Shown here in pieces: positions 60,341 through 64,000 of a stretch of DNA of 64,000 nt (positions are counted from its first letter, which is position 1; every line of letters begins with the position of its first letter). The notes beneath the pieces were generated by a model. That model was not told where the DNA came from. It ran no database searches and saw only the letters and a program-made list of their open reading frames with translations. Source of the DNA: Gekko japonicus (taxonomy: Eukaryota); the NCBI RefSeq assembly GCF_001447785.1, contig NW_015161967.1:483956-547955 (forward strand), in the 5' to 3' direction. The position numbers and the translations under genes were made by a program.

Positions 60341-60600
60341 AGTAGCCAGTTGGGTGTAGTGGTTAGGAGCGTGGACTCTAATCTGGGAGAACTGGGTTTG
60401 ATTCCCCACTCCTCCACATGCAGCTGCTGGTGTGACCTGGGTCAGTTACAAGTTCTTTCAGAGCTGTTTTCTCAGGAGTAGTTCTAGAAAGAGTGCTCTC
60501 AGCCCCACATACCTCACAAGGTGTCTGTTGTAGGAAGAGGAAGGGAAAGGAGATTGTAAGCCACTCTGAGACTCTGGGTAATCTCTTCTTCTTTCTTCTT
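60341..60600 (+). mobile_element. Squam3-like SINE nested in a small MITE (~60235-60340 and ~60765-60830)
   Basis: AGCCAGTTGGGTGTAGTGGTTAGGAGCGTGGACTCTAATCTGGGAGAACTGGGTTTGATTCCCCACT with a (TCT)n tail. Flanking inverted pair GAATCCTGGGAATTGTAG / CTACAGTTCCCAGAATTC. Confidence 0.82.
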
Positions 60601-62564
60601 TCCCACAGCAAGAGTAAAAGTAACTCAGTTTTCAGCAAGAAAACAATCTGAGGAGAAAGCATTAAGAAACCCCTGACTCCTTTCTCATCTCCCACTTTGA
60701 ATGGCAACCTCGTTGTCTGCATTTTGTTAAAACAAAACATCCCTTTAAAGCTACATGAAACATGCCATTCCACCCTGACCAAAACTACAGTTCCCAGAAT
60801 TCTTTGAGGAAAGCCACAATAGTCACAGTAGTATACAACACAAGACAAACTTGTATGTCTGCCCTCAGAAGCCTGAAGGCAAGAACTCAGTTGCCTACAG
60901 AGTTCCTGCCCTCACCTTCCCCGCACTTGGGCAGCAGGATCACAATAAATGCAGAGTATTGCCAATGCACTCAGCTTGTACCATCCGATCCCTTTGACTG
61001 TCCAGTTCTCCATATGGCCAGCCCTGACCAGAATGAGCCTTGGATTCTCCCTTAACAGAGAGAAGTCAGGTTGAATCAGACCCCAGCAAAGGGGTTAAAG
61101 GTACCTGCATGCTTGGATTCCACGGGGTGGGGCTCTCTAGTTGTTTGCATCAACAGGAGGAATGCAATAAGTTTATTTCTTGCACTCCCTTTAGGGCGTC
61201 CCAGAGAACCTGAGTATCCAAGGTTCAAGTCTTTGACTATTGTCCTTGTGGCTGCTCTCTCAGTCAGTGAGATCCGCTGTGGAAAGAGAGCACCCTTTCA
61301 CCAGTGCAGCTGCCACAACCCCCCATCTGCTTTTCCTCATTTGAAAGGTGGCCTTGTGCAGAGATTAGTGGTAGATCTGTGGTTCAACAAGCCATGAAAC
61401 ACCATTGCAAGCACAACGATGCCTGTCTGGCCTCTTGCATCATTGTGCGTCTCCCAGGAGAGATTTGGCAATGTGCTTTGTTGAACAGGCTGCATGATCA
61501 GAACCTTCCGTGTTCCAAACAGAGCTTATTTTGGAAAGGGAGCAAACTCCATCGGAGAAAAGTCTCTTGTTGTACAGTTGGAGTAAGGTTCTATGCTTTA
61601 TTTGGCAATCTTGTGTTTCCTCCGGCCAGCAAAATGTGGAGATGCGTGGGGCATTTTCCTGGTTGATCTCCATGCTTAGGGAAGTCTTGTAGGCTTTGAG
61701 GTGCCTAGTCAAGGGCTTCCCCTTTCAGAAACCATTTGGACTGTGCAATACATATTTGAAGTCTGGTAATAGTGACAGCAATTTCATATAAACATTGGAA
61801 GAGAAGAGCCACAGGCCCTCCAGTATTTCCAGTATTGCAAGCATGGCTGGACAAATGGAGCTAGAAGAATCAAACAAAGCTGCTCAGGTTCTTCACCAAA
61901 ATCCATTGACGGGATTTAGAATTTGAATGCTTCCTGCATGTGGCCTGTGGCCTTAACCACCATCAGAATCCAAGTCCCAGGAGAAACTCCCCAGAAAGCG
62001 ATTGCAGTGGAATCATTCTGCTTGCTTAACCTTAGAACACCCCTACTGTGTTTCCCTTATGGCAATACAGACTGGGGTTTTTTGTTGGTTTGACTAGGGT
62101 TGTCTTTTCGCCCCAAGAGTCATCTGACATACAGGATTCCATTGTGCTGCAACGGAAGCACCTCACCATTTGAATATGCAGGTATTCAAATCAACAGGTT
62201 TTTTTACATGTATCGATGCCGCCCAGTAGGACATGAAAATGGGAGAAACCAGGAGTTTTGAATAATGGCTTTACATGACGGCCATGGTGGATCTGGTGTT
62301 TATAAGAAGGGTGATTTGCATTTATGTGCAGTTTTCTGGAGACTTCAAGGCACTTTGCATATTCAGTGACCTTAGGGCCCTATGTCAGCATTCCCACCTG
62401 ATGAGAGGCTTGACATGGCCGCCAGCCTAAAAAAAGGATGGCACACCTCTAAAGAGCAACCCAAATGACCAAGGAGCCACCTTGCCTATCAGGGAAAAAA
62501 AAGATCTGTGGAAGGGGGAATGATAGATTTATGGAGAACGCAGAGGGACATTTCCCCCCCCCCT

Positions 62565-63260
62565 ACTAAAATTCAGAAGCAACCAATTAAGTTGATGGGC
62601 AACAGATTCAGAATGGAGAAAAGTTCTTGGGATGCTTTAAAAGGTTCAACACTCTAGTAAAGGATCGCTTCACTGATGGTGTTTAGCCACATATACAGAA
62701 GTACTATCAATGCAGTCTTATGAACAATTACTCCGGTCTAAGTCAATTGATTTCAATGCAATCATGTAACCTAGCAGACGTGCTTAGGATTGCACTATAT
62801 ACCTCTGAATTCCAGTTACTTGGGACAGGCAACAACAGGGGGCAGCTTTGTGCCCTGCTTGTAGGCCTCTGGGTAGGGTTGCCAAGTCTGATTTTCACCG
62901 CAGCGGGGTACTCCCGGCTGGTGGCTGGAGGGCACGCACACGCCGCATCCACGTCACTCGGAAGTGACGCGACCATGCCACGGGCGGGGCCACAACCATC
63001 CAAGGGAAAATCATAGAGTTTTCCCTCAGTTGACCGTGGCCCCGCCCCCAGCGTGCCCGGCGTGGTCGCGTCACTTCCGAGTGACGTGCACGTCAGGGTG
63101 GGGTTCCCCCCGGGGCCCGATCCGCCGGCGGCGGGGAACAGGCCTCTGGGGGGACTTGGCAAGCCTACCTCTGGGAGCGCCTGGTTGACCTCCGTGGGGA
63201 AAGGGGTGTTGGACGAGGTGATCTTGTGGTCTGATCCAGCAGGGCTCATCTTGTATTCTT
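62565..63260 (+). mobile_element. Old CR1 3' end with a nested palindromic element (~62710-62797) and a nested hAT MITE
   Basis: AAGTTGATGGGCAACAGATTCAGAATGGA..GTGTTGGAC..GGTCTGATCCAGCAGGGCTCATCTTGTATTCTT. Confidence 0.65.
62874..63167. mobile_element. Young 294-bp hAT MITE
   Basis: Terminal inverted repeats TAGGGTTGCCAAGTC / GACTTGGCAAGCCTA. Perfect 8-bp target-site duplication CCTCTGGG at 62866-62873 and 63168-63175. CpG-rich. Confidence 0.9.
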
Positions 63261-64000
63261 AACGGCTGAGGAGCTGAGGTGAACATGGGAGGATCTATCC
63301 CACTGGCTCTAGTCTAAACAATCTGGACATTCCAAATTGTTTTTCACAGATGTCTTTTTTACTTTCTTGAAGTAATCGGAGGGGTGGGGGTGGGGGTGTT
63401 TCAGATTATTCCTGGACTGAGACACCTGAATAAGGGAGAAAAGCGGGACACAAATGAAGTAAACAAGCCTCTCCTACTGAAACCTCCTTTATGGAATGTA
63501 TGGGGCATTTCTGTTTTGTAATTGCTTCCAATAAACGTAATACATATTATATGGATAAATGTAAGGAGAGAGAACATGGTGACTCAAGAGAGGGTGCGTT
63601 AATGCGGACAAATTATCTGAAGTCGTTAAGGAAGCCACCGGCGGATTAAACGCGCACACACACACAGACGGAGCAGCTACTTCAAGATACTTTAAAGGCG
63701 ATAAGGAGGGTTAAACATCTAAATAAGTAAATGTGTGTGCCTGCTGTGAGCGGCTATTATGCTGCACCTCCGGGAGGGCTTTCTGCCATGCCTGTGTATG
63801 CAAGGGGCTAATTAATAAATGCCCCTCATTGGGCCTGTACCCACCATGTTGTTGCCCTTCTTCTTGACTTAAGAAATGATTTCTCTGAAAACTAATGAAG
63901 GGCTTGGCTGTTTTAATTTGTTTTCTCAGATTAGATTCTGAAAATAACCTAAATTTATTCTAATAGGCAGTTAAGTCCCTGCAGAGGATCTGAATAAAAT

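Noticed and set aside
1970-62410. Other CTGATGA occurrences (~1971, ~5212, ~45499, ~50798, ~62398) as hammerheads or C/D boxes
   Set aside because: No correctly spaced GAAA with closing stems, and no partner box or terminal stem.
1-64000. CRISPR arrays, operons or other prokaryotic systems
   Set aside because: The sequence is vertebrate intron and intergenic DNA with no regularly spaced repeat-spacer array.

Overview
Vertebrate genomic DNA, most likely a gecko-type squamate, judged from Squam3-like, Sauria and 5S-derived SINEs, CR1, L2, L1, BovB and Penelope-type repeats. It has two N gaps (363-377 and ~12982-13543). The only host gene I can support is the last coding exon of heparan sulfate 6-O-sulfotransferase 2 (HS6ST2, + strand, 41222-41915). 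Bases 1-41221 are most simply the distal part of its long last intron, followed by a 3' UTR (possibly to ~46.4 kb) and intergenic DNA. The other ORFs in the track are transposon remnants, low-complexity or gap artefacts, or chance ORFs. Most notable observations: (1) a candidate recursive-splicing site (pyrimidine tract-CAG|GTAAG) at 25933/25934 in a TE-poor part of the intron; (2) a complete minimal type I hammerhead ribozyme at 48433-48486 in a cluster of Penelope-like remnants; (3) a 705-bp internal L1 reverse-transcriptase piece with an open frame, perfect 15-bp flanking duplications and no 3' end; (4) two kinds of 5S-rRNA-headed SINEs; (5) multi-level nested insertions and many local tandem duplications. 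Family names come from recognition of motifs, not database searches. Boundaries of old repeats are approximate.
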